A stretch of DNA of 64,000 nt. Source: Thermoanaerobaculia bacterium. Its GTDB lineage: Bacteria > Acidobacteriota > Thermoanaerobaculia > UBA5066. The position numbers were made by a program, and so were the translations under genes. Location: the NCBI GenBank assembly GCA_038245905.1, contig JBBRRY010000002.1, positions 1-64,000 on the forward strand, written 5' to 3'. Positions 21,466 through 31,000 of the stretch are shown here, piece by piece. The notes under the pieces are model-generated. The model was not told the origin of the DNA. It saw nothing but the letters and a program-made list of their open reading frames with translations, and searched no databases. Position 1 is the stretch's first letter; every line of letters starts with the position of its first letter.

Positions 21466-22485
21466 TCAGCCGACCCCAGGGCCCGGACGCGGCGGCGCGG
21501 GCGTGGGCGCGGGCGCGGGCGCGGCGGGAGCCTCCTCAGGGTCCGCGGGGGCGGGCGGGCGTCTCTTCGCCGGCCCGGCGGGAGACTGGGCCGGAATGTC
21601 CGACGGGATTATTTCGTTCGCGCGGGTATACGCGGGCGTGGGGGGGGGGAACGACGAGTTCGGCGGCGGCGCGGGACGGCTCGTACTCACGGGTGGAACG
21701 GACGTCACGACCGCTCCGCCCGGCCCCGGCCTCATCACGGACCCGTCGTCCGGCACCAGACTGCCTGCCGGTGTGCGCGTCCCGGGCGCGGGTGCTCCGC
21801 TCGCGAGTCCCCCGGGCACGGCCGAAACCGCGACGCGGCCGTGTTGGAACGAGCCCACGAGGTCGGCCTGTGCCATCTGCTCGGCCACCGGAAGAGCGGC
21901 GCGAACCAGGCGCCCTTCGAGGGTCTCGAGGAGGACGCGCCCCTTGAGGCGCGTGTATGCGGCAAAGGGGTTCCTTCGCACGTCGAACAGCGACGTGTCG
22001 ACCCGCAAGGACACCTTGTATGCCGCGATCGCGGAGGAATCGTTGCCCCGCCGTTCCTCGGCGTAACCGAGCATCCACCACGCCACCCAGTTCCCCGGCG
22101 CGCGCGACACGGCTTTCCGGAACGAGGAGGCGGCGCTTCCCCATTCGCCGCGCGTCGCATGGACCAGTCCGGCGTTGTAGAGCGGCCGGCCGTCCGCCTT
22201 GTCGAGTTTCGCGGCGACACCGAATTCCCGAAGAGCGTCCCGCCAGAAGCCGTCCCGCGCGATGAGGCACGCGAGATCGTTGTGCAACGAGGCGTCGTTC
22301 GGCGCCGTCTCGAGACGTGCGAGGAGGTCGAGCGTCGCGCGGTGCTGCGGAATGCTCGGCTCCAGGAAGCCTTTGTAGACGTCCCGGGCGGCAAGCGGCC
22401 CGGCGAACACCAGTGTCGCCAGTGTCGCCAATGTCAGAAAGTGCACGAGCGCGCCCTCGAAGAGCGCGCGTCGATCGTTGCTCAT
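21466..22485 (-). CDS. Exported tetratricopeptide repeat protein with Pro-rich tail
   Basis: Signal-like N terminus; three TPR-like units (LHNDLA, LYNAGLV, AWWMLGYA); ATGA overlap with the upstream gene. Confidence 0.8.
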   Translation of the reverse strand: MSNDRRALFEGALVHFLTLATLATLVFAGPLAARDVYKGFLEPSIPQHRATLDLLARLETAPNDASLHNDLACLIARDGFWRDALREFGVAAKLDKADGRPLYNAGLVHATRGEWGSAASSFRKAVSRAPGNWVAWWMLGYAEERRGNDSSAIAAYKVSLRVDTSLFDVRRNPFAAYTRLKGRVLLETLEGRLVRAALPVAEQMAQADLVGSFQHGRVAVSAVPGGLASGAPAPGTRTPAGSLVPDDGSVMRPGPGGAVVTSVPPVSTSRPAPPPNSSFPPPTPAYTRANEIIPSDIPAQSPAGPAKRRPPAPADPEEAPAAPAPAPTPAPPRPGPGVG

Positions 22486-23075
22486 GATCGTCCTTTCGTC
22501 GGCGCGGCAAGAGAGCGGCCGACGAGCCGCACTTTCCCGTCGCGAGTCTGCACGTCGAAGGCGAGGCGCGTGGCGCCCGTGGCGTTTCGGATCTCGGCGG
22601 CCTGCTTTTTCACGAGTTCCTCGAATCGGTCGTACCGGAGCCGGGAAGCGTCCTCACCGGCCGCCGCGCGCGCCGCGCAGTACCGGTCGAAGAGAGACCT
22701 GAGGTCACCCCGTCCGGAGCCTTTTACGGAGCCCGGCAAGGGAGCGTCGCCCGAGGGAGGGAGGGCTCCCGGCTCGACCAGCCGCGCCCGCGCCGCGAGC
22801 CTGACCGGTCCCCGCCCTTCCTCTCGCGCGAGAAGCCTCTTTTCCCAGAGATCGGAAAGGGCCGTGAAGCGGCTCTGGAGCGCCTGAAGGCGGAAGCGCT
22901 CGGCGACCTTCTCGACAGGGGCATTGCCGATCCGGCTGAGGACCCTTTCCACGCTCTTTCGGGCGGGAAGCGGAGGCACCTTCACGTCGCCCGAAAAAAA
23001 GCGCTCGTAGTCCAGCTTGAGAGCCGTGATGCTCTTGTCCAGAAGGTCGAGATCACCCGCGATCGAGACGGCCAT
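22482..23075 (-). CDS. Hypothetical protein, MXAN_5187 C-terminal domain-like
   Basis: ATG at 23075; LKLDYERFFSG..K.PP, RFR...LQSRF....DLW, LFDRY.AAR...GE, F.V...DGKVRL. Confidence 0.75.
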   Translation of the reverse strand: MAVSIAGDLDLLDKSITALKLDYERFFSGDVKVPPLPARKSVERVLSRIGNAPVEKVAERFRLQALQSRFTALSDLWEKRLLAREEGRGPVRLAARARLVEPGALPPSGDAPLPGSVKGSGRGDLRSLFDRYCAARAAAGEDASRLRYDRFEELVKKQAAEIRNATGATRLAFDVQTRDGKVRLVGRSLAAPTKGRS

Positions 23076-23104
23076 CGGCGAAAAGTAGTCTACATTCCGT
23101 TCGC

Positions 23105-24493
23105 ATGAATCCCGAGCCGCCCCGGCCTCCCGCCATGGACCGCCTCCTCGAGACGACTGCCGGGAAGGCGCTGGCCGCCCGCCACGGCAGGACGCGCGCG
23201 AAGGAGGCTTTCCGCGAGGCGGCTGCCGCCTGGCGCGAGTCGGAGTCCCCGGACGGCGACGCGGTAGAGGCGATCCTGGCCGCCGCGGCACGCGCCCTCG
23301 AGACGCGTCTTCCGGTCGGGCCGCGCCGCGTGATCAACGCGACGGGGGTCCTCCTGCACACGAATCTGGGCCGTGCCCCGCTCGCCCAGGAAGCCGTCTC
23401 GGCCGCGGGCCGCGCAGCGGGGTTCTCGACGCTCGAATTCGAGCTTGTCGAAGGGACTCGGGGAAGGCGCGGCGATCACGTCCGGCCGCTCCTCCTTGCG
23501 CTCTTCGCGCCCGGACGCGACGACCTCGACACCCTCTCGGTCACGAATACCGCCGCGGCGCTCCTCCTCGCCCTCGACACGCTCGCGAACGGCAGGCCCG
23601 TTGCGGTGTCCCGTGGGGAGCTCGTCGCGATTGGCGGCGATTTCCGCGTGCCGGCGATCCTCGCCAAGAGCGGCGCATCGCTGCACGAGGTCGGCACGAC
23701 GAACAGGACGACGACACGGGACTACGAAGAGGCGCTCGACGCCGGCGCGGCGGCAATTCTCAAGGTCCGGCCCTCGAACTACCGCATCGTCGGCTTCACC
23801 GAAGAGGTCGCGCTCCCCGCCCTCGCGGAGCTCGCGCGCGCCCGGGGAGTCCCGCTGATCTTCGACGCCGGCGCGGCGACGCCTTCGCGCCTCGCCGAGC
23901 ACGGCCTCGCAACCGAGCCCGTGCCGCTCGACGCTCTGGACGCGGGAGCCGACCTCGTCTGCTTCTCGGGCGACAAGCTCCTCGGCGGACCGCAGGTGGG
24001 AATCCTGATCGGAAAGAGAGAGCTCGTCGCGCGCGCCGCCGCAAATCCGCTCGCCCGCGCTCTGCGCCCGGACAAGCTCGTCCTCGGCGCGCTGGCCGCC
24101 ACCCTCGATCTCCATCTCTCGGGCCGCCGCCTCGAGATCCCCTTCTTCCGGATGCTCGAAGCGTCTCTCGTCTCCCTGCGAGACCGCGCGGAAGCGCTCG
24201 CGGAGCGAGCCCGCGCAGCCGGGTTCACGGCGATACCCGTCGACTCCGTCGCGACCGCGGGCGGGGGCGCCGGCACCGAGTCGACGCTGCTCTCGAAGGC
24301 GGTCTCGCTCGCGCATCCGGCAAGGTCCGCGGACCGGCTCGCCGCGGCTCTCCGCGGGAGCGAGCCCCCCGTCGTCGCGCGGATCGAAGAGGGCCGCGTT
24401 CTCGTCGACCTCAGGAGCGTCGCGGAATCCGAGGATGAGGAGCTCGCGCGCGTCCTCTCGGTCCTCGGGGCTCTTCTGCCTCCCGAAGCCTAG
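23105..24493 (+). CDS. selA: L-seryl-tRNA(Sec) selenium transferase
   Basis: VINATGVLLHTNLGRA, SRGELVAIGG.FR, EVGTTNRT, PLP-lysine motif FSGDKLLGGPQ. Confidence 0.95.
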   Translation: MNPEPPRPPAMDRLLETTAGKALAARHGRTRAKEAFREAAAAWRESESPDGDAVEAILAAAARALETRLPVGPRRVINATGVLLHTNLGRAPLAQEAVSAAGRAAGFSTLEFELVEGTRGRRGDHVRPLLLALFAPGRDDLDTLSVTNTAAALLLALDTLANGRPVAVSRGELVAIGGDFRVPAILAKSGASLHEVGTTNRTTTRDYEEALDAGAAAILKVRPSNYRIVGFTEEVALPALAELARARGVPLIFDAGAATPSRLAEHGLATEPVPLDALDAGADLVCFSGDKLLGGPQVGILIGKRELVARAAANPLARALRPDKLVLGALAATLDLHLSGRRLEIPFFRMLEASLVSLRDRAEALAERARAAGFTAIPVDSVATAGGGAGTESTLLSKAVSLAHPARSADRLAAALRGSEPPVVARIEEGRVLVDLRSVAESEDEELARVLSVLGALLPPEA

Positions 24494-25851
24494 ATCCCGA
24501 GCTCCTTCATCCGTTGCGCGAGCTTGCGCAGCGGGACGCCGAGCTCCTCCGACGCATGCGTCTTGTCACCGCCGGTGGCGTCGAGGGCGCGCCGGATGCG
24601 CGCCGCCTCCCCCGCCTCCCGCCATCTCTCCGCGGTCTCCTCGAGAGTTCCGTCCAGGGAAGGATGCCGCGGCTCCGTTTCGCCCGCCACGCCGACGACG
24701 ATGTCCTGAGGCCGGACGACGTCCCCCGAGGCGAGGAGGACGGCACGTTCGACGACGTTGCGGAGCTCGCGCACGTTGCCCGGCCAGTCGTGCGCCGCGA
24801 GCCTCTCGAGCGCGGCCGGCAAGAAAGCGGGCGTCTTCTTCTTCACCTGGCGCGCCGCGGAGACCGCGAACCCGCCGACGAGCGCGGGAATGTCTTCCTT
24901 TCGCGCGCGAAGCGGCGGCAGCCGCACGGGAAAAACGTCCAGCCGGTAGAAGAGATCCTCGCGAAATGTGCCCGCCTTCACGAGGGACGCGAGCTCGCGG
25001 TTCGTCGCGGCGACGATCCGGACGTCCACGGCGATCGGAACCGTGCCGCCCACACGGAGAAACGTGCGTTCCTCGACGGCCCGGAGGAATTTCGCCTGCG
25101 CCGCCGGCGGGAGCTCGCCGATTTCGTCGAGGAAAAGCGTCCCGCCGTCGGCCAGCTCGAAACGCCCGGCCCGCCGTTCGTTCGCGCCCGTGTATGCGCC
25201 GCGCTCGTGTCCGAAGAGCTCGTTCTCGACGAGGCTCTCGGGCAGCGCGGCGACGTTCACGGCGACGAACGGCCCGGGGGCGCGTGGCGAGAGCGCATGC
25301 ACGGCCCGCGCGAACAGCTCCTTGCCGGTCCCCGACTCGCCCGTGAGGAGAACCGTCACGTCGGAAGCCGCGGCCCGGCGAATCCGCTCCAGGGCTTCTG
25401 CTAGGGCCCGTGACGTCCCGACGATTTCCGGCATTCCTCGGAGGCCCGCCTCGGCGGCGAGAAGCCCGTGGGCGACGGCCGCCCGGCGGGCGCGCACGTG
25501 ACGCGCGACGAGAAGGAGGAGGAGATCCGGGTCGACCGGCTTGCTCAGAAAGTCGGCCGCGCCCAGCTTCATCGCGGCGACCGCGGTCTCGACGGTTCCG
25601 AAGCCGGTGAGGACGACGACAGGGAGCGCGGGGTCCGAGGCCGTGGCCGCCTTGAGCACGGCGAGACCGTCGGCACCTGGCATCTTGAAATCCGTGAGGA
25701 CGAGCGTATAGCGCCGCCCCTCGGCCAGGCGGCGCAGCGCTTCCTCGCCGGTCGCGACGGCCTCGACGCTATAGCCCTCGCGGGTCAGCGTCTCTTCGAG
25801 CATCGCGCGGAGGGACTCCCGGTCCTCGACGAGCAGGATCTCCGCGGACAT
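24490..25851 (-). CDS. Sigma54-dependent response regulator (PilR/NtrC family)
   Basis: Receiver domain (LLVED, TDFKMPG, KP), [46 protein letters not shown], Fis-type HTH. Confidence 0.95.
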   Translation of the reverse strand: MSAEILLVEDRESLRAMLEETLTREGYSVEAVATGEEALRRLAEGRRYTLVLTDFKMPGADGLAVLKAATASDPALPVVVLTGFGTVETAVAAMKLGAADFLSKPVDPDLLLLLVARHVRARRAAVAHGLLAAEAGLRGMPEIVGTSRALAEALERIRRAAASDVTVLLTGESGTGKELFARAVHALSPRAPGPFVAVNVAALPESLVENELFGHERGAYTGANERRAGRFELADGGTLFLDEIGELPPAAQAKFLRAVEERTFLRVGGTVPIAVDVRIVAATNRELASLVKAGTFREDLFYRLDVFPVRLPPLRARKEDIPALVGGFAVSAARQVKKKTPAFLPAALERLAAHDWPGNVRELRNVVERAVLLASGDVVRPQDIVVGVAGETEPRHPSLDGTLEETAERWREAGEAARIRRALDATGGDKTHASEELGVPLRKLAQRMKELGI

Positions 25852-25874
25852 CGAAACGCCGGGATCCGGCCTCG

Positions 25875-26798
25875 TCAGGAGCCCGGAGGCCTGGAAGTCG
25901 TCTTCGGGGCTTCCGAGCCCGGAATGAAGGTTCCGTTCGCCGGATTCCCGGTCGGCGGATTTGCCATGGGTGGGGCGACGTCGCCCCTCGGAACCGTAAT
26001 GTAGGTCGGAGGCGTTGGCGCGGGCGCCGGCGTGGGTGCTGCCTCGGCCTCTCCTTCCGGTTTGGGAGGCGCGCTGCCCGGCGCGCGCGCGCCGGCCGCG
26101 GCGTCGCCTGCCGGCTTGACGGGAATGCGGATCTGCCAGTGAGGAATGTAGCGGTACGACGCCGCCTCCCCTTCGAGCGGGGCGCTCGCCGTGAAGGTCG
26201 ACTTCTCTCCCGGCGCCAGCGTGTCTTTCGCGAGCTGCGCGAATGCCGACGAGAACGTCTTGCCGTCCTTGCCGACGATTTCCACCGTGATGGCAACGGC
26301 CGTCACCTCGCCGGAGCCGCCGTTGACGACGGAGCCCGAGAATGCGTAGCCGTCCTTCGAGCGCGTCACGCTCGTGTTCGCGACGTCGACCCGTCCGTCG
26401 CCGCTGCCTTCCTTCGTCACCGGCGCCTCGTCGCCGATTCCGTGCGCGATCGTGTCGTCCGTCAGGACGACCGCCGCCCGGCGGCCGGTCTTCTGCTTCG
26501 CCGCTTCCGCGGGCGTGAGAGGTTTCAGTGGGTTCGGCGCCGGGAGCGGCTCGGTGGCGGCTACACGCGCTTTCTCGGCCGCTGTTTTCTCGAGGTCGAT
26601 CTCACTGAGGGGGAGGGACAGGAGCACCCCGTCCGTCGTCGTCAGGAGCGCGAGGCTGCCCTTCTGAACGAAGGGCTTCTTCGTGACGATCCGGCGACCG
26701 TCCTTGAGCCAGATTTCGTCGGCCCCCGCAATGCCCGCAATGCCCACGAGGCCCGCGAGGCATGCGAGGACGGCCACCGCCAACATCAGCCGTCGCAT
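25875..26798 (-). CDS. Exported hypothetical protein with FxLYD-like Ig domain
   Basis: GGAGG RBS, signal peptide ending AGA-D, DEIWLKDG N domain, GSVVN.G...V..V.I.V...KDG...LAPGEKSTF, Pro-rich tail. Confidence 0.75.
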   Translation of the reverse strand: MRRLMLAVAVLACLAGLVGIAGIAGADEIWLKDGRRIVTKKPFVQKGSLALLTTTDGVLLSLPLSEIDLEKTAAEKARVAATEPLPAPNPLKPLTPAEAAKQKTGRRAAVVLTDDTIAHGIGDEAPVTKEGSGDGRVDVANTSVTRSKDGYAFSGSVVNGGSGEVTAVAITVEIVGKDGKTFSSAFAQLAKDTLAPGEKSTFTASAPLEGEAASYRYIPHWQIRIPVKPAGDAAAGARAPGSAPPKPEGEAEAAPTPAPAPTPPTYITVPRGDVAPPMANPPTGNPANGTFIPGSEAPKTTSRPPGS

Positions 26799-26826
26799 GG
26801 GACCTCCTTCCAAATCGAGAACAACC

Positions 26827-28014
26827 CTATTTTACACCCGGAGGTGCTCCAGGCGGTGCGCGCGGCTCCGCGTCGCGCAATGTCAGCGCGAACTCTCTCG
26901 ACGCGCGCTCGAACGGAACCCGGCGGCTCTCGTCCGGATCCCACCCGACCGGAGCCGCGCCCGGCCCGGGTGCGGGCGCATTAAGGAGCGGCGGGAATTC
27001 GAGCGGGGGCGGAGGGCCGTCGCCTCGCCTCCAGCGGTGCTCGGCCTTCGCAGTCCACGCGAACCTCAGGGTCCCCGCGGACCTCCGCCCCCAGTCCACC
27101 TGGAATTCCTCGACGTCCTCGCCAAGATGCGCGATCTCCCACCGGCCGTTCCCGGCGAATTCGGCGACGGCCAGAAAGGGATGCGGGAACTTCATGGACG
27201 GCGGATCGTTCGTGGCATCGTAGTCGGGGACCCGGCCGGCGGGCCCGCGCGCGACGAACCAGACGACGTCGTCGAGGAGGCCGCCCGTCACGGGCTCCAG
27301 GAGCGCCCGCACCGCATCCGTCTTTCCGCGAGGGTTCAGGCGCGCCGCCTCCGCGTCGGTGAAGTCGAGACGGATCTCGAGAGCGGCGCCGGCCTCCCGG
27401 GAGCGATTCCACTCGCGGACGAGTGCAACGGCCGAACGGCCCTCCCGATCCGCCACCAGGAAAAACCGTTTCGCGCGCCGCGTCGCCGCCCCCAGCCTTT
27501 CGGCGACGGCGCGAGGCTCGTCCTCGGGGCTCGGGCCCGCGCTGCCAGAGGCGCCAGAGAGAGGCCCAGCCCGGAGCCACACGGACGACGCATCGCCAGT
27601 AATCCAGGCGCTCCCGTCACCCCCGCCCGCACCCCCGGACCCCCCGCGCAACAGCCGGACGGCGAGGAGGGGCGTGCGTATCACCCCACGGACGCCGAAC
27701 TGATCGGTGCCCGCTCGAACGGCGACTGGAGCTCCCGAGACGTCCTTGTAGCCTGTGTCTTCTTCCGCCCTCGTGTTGTCCGCTATCGGGCGAAAGGCCT
27801 CTCCTGGCGGGACGCCCCCCCGGCCCGCTTCCCTCACGTCCCGCGCGAGAGAGCGAGAGGCCGCCTCGAGCACACCGCCGAGGCCGGGATCGTCCTTCTC
27901 GACGACCAGAAGCCTCGTCCTGAGGTCGATGAGCCTGAGAACCGCCACGATGACGATGGCGAGCAGAAGCAGTGTGAGGCCGAGCTCTCGAAGGGAGAAC
28001 CCTCTCGGCCTCAC
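26827..28014 (-). CDS. Second PilW-like minor pilin (divergent)
   Basis: Class III signal RPRG|FSLRE plus hydrophobic helix; segments GTDQ, LVADREGR and LGEDVEEFQV parallel PilW at 34337-35767. Start may be 28014 or 28038. Confidence 0.75.
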   Translation of the reverse strand: MRPRGFSLRELGLTLLLLAIVIVAVLRLIDLRTRLLVVEKDDPGLGGVLEAASRSLARDVREAGRGGVPPGEAFRPIADNTRAEEDTGYKDVSGAPVAVRAGTDQFGVRGVIRTPLLAVRLLRGGSGGAGGGDGSAWITGDASSVWLRAGPLSGASGSAGPSPEDEPRAVAERLGAATRRAKRFFLVADREGRSAVALVREWNRSREAGAALEIRLDFTDAEAARLNPRGKTDAVRALLEPVTGGLLDDVVWFVARGPAGRVPDYDATNDPPSMKFPHPFLAVAEFAGNGRWEIAHLGEDVEEFQVDWGRRSAGTLRFAWTAKAEHRWRRGDGPPPPLEFPPLLNAPAPGPGAAPVGWDPDESRRVPFERASREFALTLRDAEPRAPPGAPPGVK

Positions 28015-28076
28015 GTACGCACCCGGCCCCGCGATCACATTCGAATACTAGCGGGAACTCCGGGATCCTCCAGGGA

Positions 28077-31000
28077 CTACTTCTGCTCCTTCCACCACAC
28101 GGGTGTGAAGTTCGGCAAGCCCGGCAGCGCAAGCGGGGGAATATTGACCTGGATGAGCTTTGCCACGTCTTTTCCGACGCCGCTCTGCGCGGCGAAGGCG
28201 CCGTCGCCCGTCACGACGAGTCCGGACGAGGCACCCGCGCCTGCGGCGTATACGATCGTCGCCTGATTCGCCGTGAAACCCGGAGGGGAGCCCGTGGGGC
28301 CCCACTTCGGCACGCCGCCCGCGGAAATCGCAAATACCACCTTGAGGATGTACGAGTAGCCGTTACAGCCGAAGTCGGGATCGAAGACCGTGAAGAAGAC
28401 GGTCGGCGACGTCGCGTTCGTGACGAGGAGCGGCGAAGACGTGATCTGGGTGTGAATACCGAGGCTCGTGTGGACGCCCGCGATGTACGTCGGGTCGCAC
28501 GTCGGGCCGGGACAGGCGCCCGACTGAAGCGGAATACCGGCGATGACTTCCTTGATGACGTGCGGCGCCAGGGCTCCCGCACCGAGCGCTACGGTGCCAA
28601 ACAGGGGATCACCGATCTTGTACGGATTCGTCGCGACGAAGAGGGTTGGGACGAACACGGGGAGCCCTGGATAAGCTGCCGGCGGGGCGCCGCTACGGTT
28701 CACGTTCCAGCCCGAGACGGTCGGGCTCGTCTCGTAGAAGCTGCCGCTCGCTAAGGCGTAGACCTGATACCCGAGCGTTCCGATCCCGTTCGCTGCCGGT
28801 GAATAGTAGAGCGGCTGGGGGCCGCCCGCCGCCGCGTTGAGGTCGATGAGGACCGTCGAGGTCGGGGCCGCCCAGGCTCCAAAGATCGCGTTGAGGCGGC
28901 CATTCGTATCCCCCTGGAGCGAGAGATTCGCCAGGTTGTCGTTCTGGAAGCCCGAGGCGTTCGTCTGGAATAAAATCGAGTCCGTAAATGTCTGGTGGCC
29001 GACGAGCGGGTCGGGCGGAGGGGTCTGGGGCACGACCGCCGTCGTCGACAGGAGCGTACCGACGGTCGGATCGACCACGAAGATGTTCGCGCTCAGCTGC
29101 GCGTTACGGATACTTGCCGGGTTGATGCCGGCTCCGAACGTCATCTTGCTCGTAATGAATGTGTCGGCCGCGACCGCGGGCACGCTCCAGGAGCCGAAGA
29201 GGCCGGCATAGTCCGACGAATTCTTCGTCCAGAGAACATCTACCGGCTTTCCCGCGTTGGCACCGCCGAAGGCGCCGTAGCCCGGGTCCGCGGCCACGGC
29301 CGGCGCGATGATCCGGCCCGGATAGGGGTGCGTGATGTCGATCGCGGCGACGAGGTCGCCTCCCGCTCCCTCGGTGAGGAACCCGATCGTCTTGTAGCTG
29401 TTCGTCGGAGCGTCGAACCATATGTCCGCGAACCTCAGGGAGCTCGCGATCCCCCAGGTGTGCTGGTCGAACAGGAACCCTGCGTTCTGTCCGGTGTCGG
29501 TCGAAACCGAGCTATCCGGGTCGAAGAAGTTGTTGTAGAGATCGATCTGGCTCGCGATGAGGTTCGGAGGCAGAAGCGCGATCACCTCGGCACCGTCTTC
29601 GAGGTCGAACGCATGCAGGAACCCGTCGTCCGCGCCCAGCCACGCGAGCTTGCGCCGGCTCCCGTAAGTTCCCTCGAAGGAGCTGTGGCTCGAGACGTTC
29701 CCCAGCTGAAAAAATCTCTGCGGGGGGCCCACGATCGCGGGCGTCACGTTGATGGACGGACCCAGGAGCCAGTTGCGCTTGACCGACGCCTCGGTCCCGT
29801 CGTTTCCGCGCATGAAGTCGATGACCGAACCCGCGCCCAGAGGGCCGATCGGGCCTGGTATGGCGGCCCCTGCGGTCGTGATCCCGCAGCCGCCGCAAAG
29901 AGCGTCGATGGCCCCGGCGTTCGCCGCGATGATCTCGATGAGGGCGCCCGTGGCCGGATCCCACGTGAAGAGCTGACGGCGCGGCGTACCGGCCGTTCCG
30001 TCGGGCGTCGGGTGCCACGGCTGCGACGGAGTCGTCAGGACGGCTCCCGCGTCCCAGACGTCGACGATCGCGAGCGGGTTCGTGACGTCTTTCGCCTTGA
30101 TGTGACCCTGCCAGAGCGGATACGTCGCCGAGGTGAGGACGACCTTGTTTCCGAGGCCGACAGCTGCTCCCGAAACAGGAGCGCTCGTGGTGTAGTCGCC
30201 GCTCGCCGAGCTCTGCACGATCTTGATGAAGGCGTTGTAGAGCGCCTTGGCGTCGCTCGCGAAGAAGGCGTAGTCCTTGAGGTCTGCCGCCGTCGGAACC
30301 GTCTGGTCCGGGCCAAAGTGGTTGATGCCCGGATTCGGCGCGCCTGGCCCGCTCTCGTTCGTCGGAACCGCATTTCCGGCGGTCTCGGGAGCCGGGCTGA
30401 TATGCGGCAAGCGGATATCTCCCCGCAAGACCGGTGGGTCGGTCGTGTCGTAGAGGACGAATCCAGCGTCCTTCTTTTTCGCGTTCGCATCGGTGCGTCC
30501 GCGATACGCGACGCGGTTCAGCTCGCAACGCGAGATGTCGGACGAGATTCCGATCGCGAACGTCCGGGTTCGCACGATGGCGTCTCCGGCCGCTGCCTGA
30601 TGCGCGTTCAGATACATGGCTTCCGCGGCACCCGGAGGGAAGTTCGTGAAATCGAGCCCGTTCTTGTCCGGAGTGCACCCCGCGCCCCAGGCCGAGTCCG
30701 CGGGAGCACCCGTATTGCAGACGTTCGACTCGCCGTCTGTACAGAGAATGACCCCGTAGGCCCGGTTACATGCCTTTCTCGGGTCCGCGCCCCACGTCCT
30801 CGTCATGGCGAGGTCCGCCTGGTCGATCGCGCCCTTGATGGGCGTGCCGCCACCCACCCCGAGGCCGGGATTCGGTCCGGTGTTGAAGTAGTGGAGCCGC
30901 ATGTAGCTTTCGATGGCCGTGACGTCGCCGGAACCGCTGTCGACGATGGCAATTGGAACCTTCTCATCCCAGTTCGTTCCGTCCCCGCAGGCCCCGGTCG

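Noticed and set aside
30417-30425. RGD motif in PilY1
   Set aside because: A tripeptide is expected by chance in 1860 aa, and there is no evidence for an animal host.
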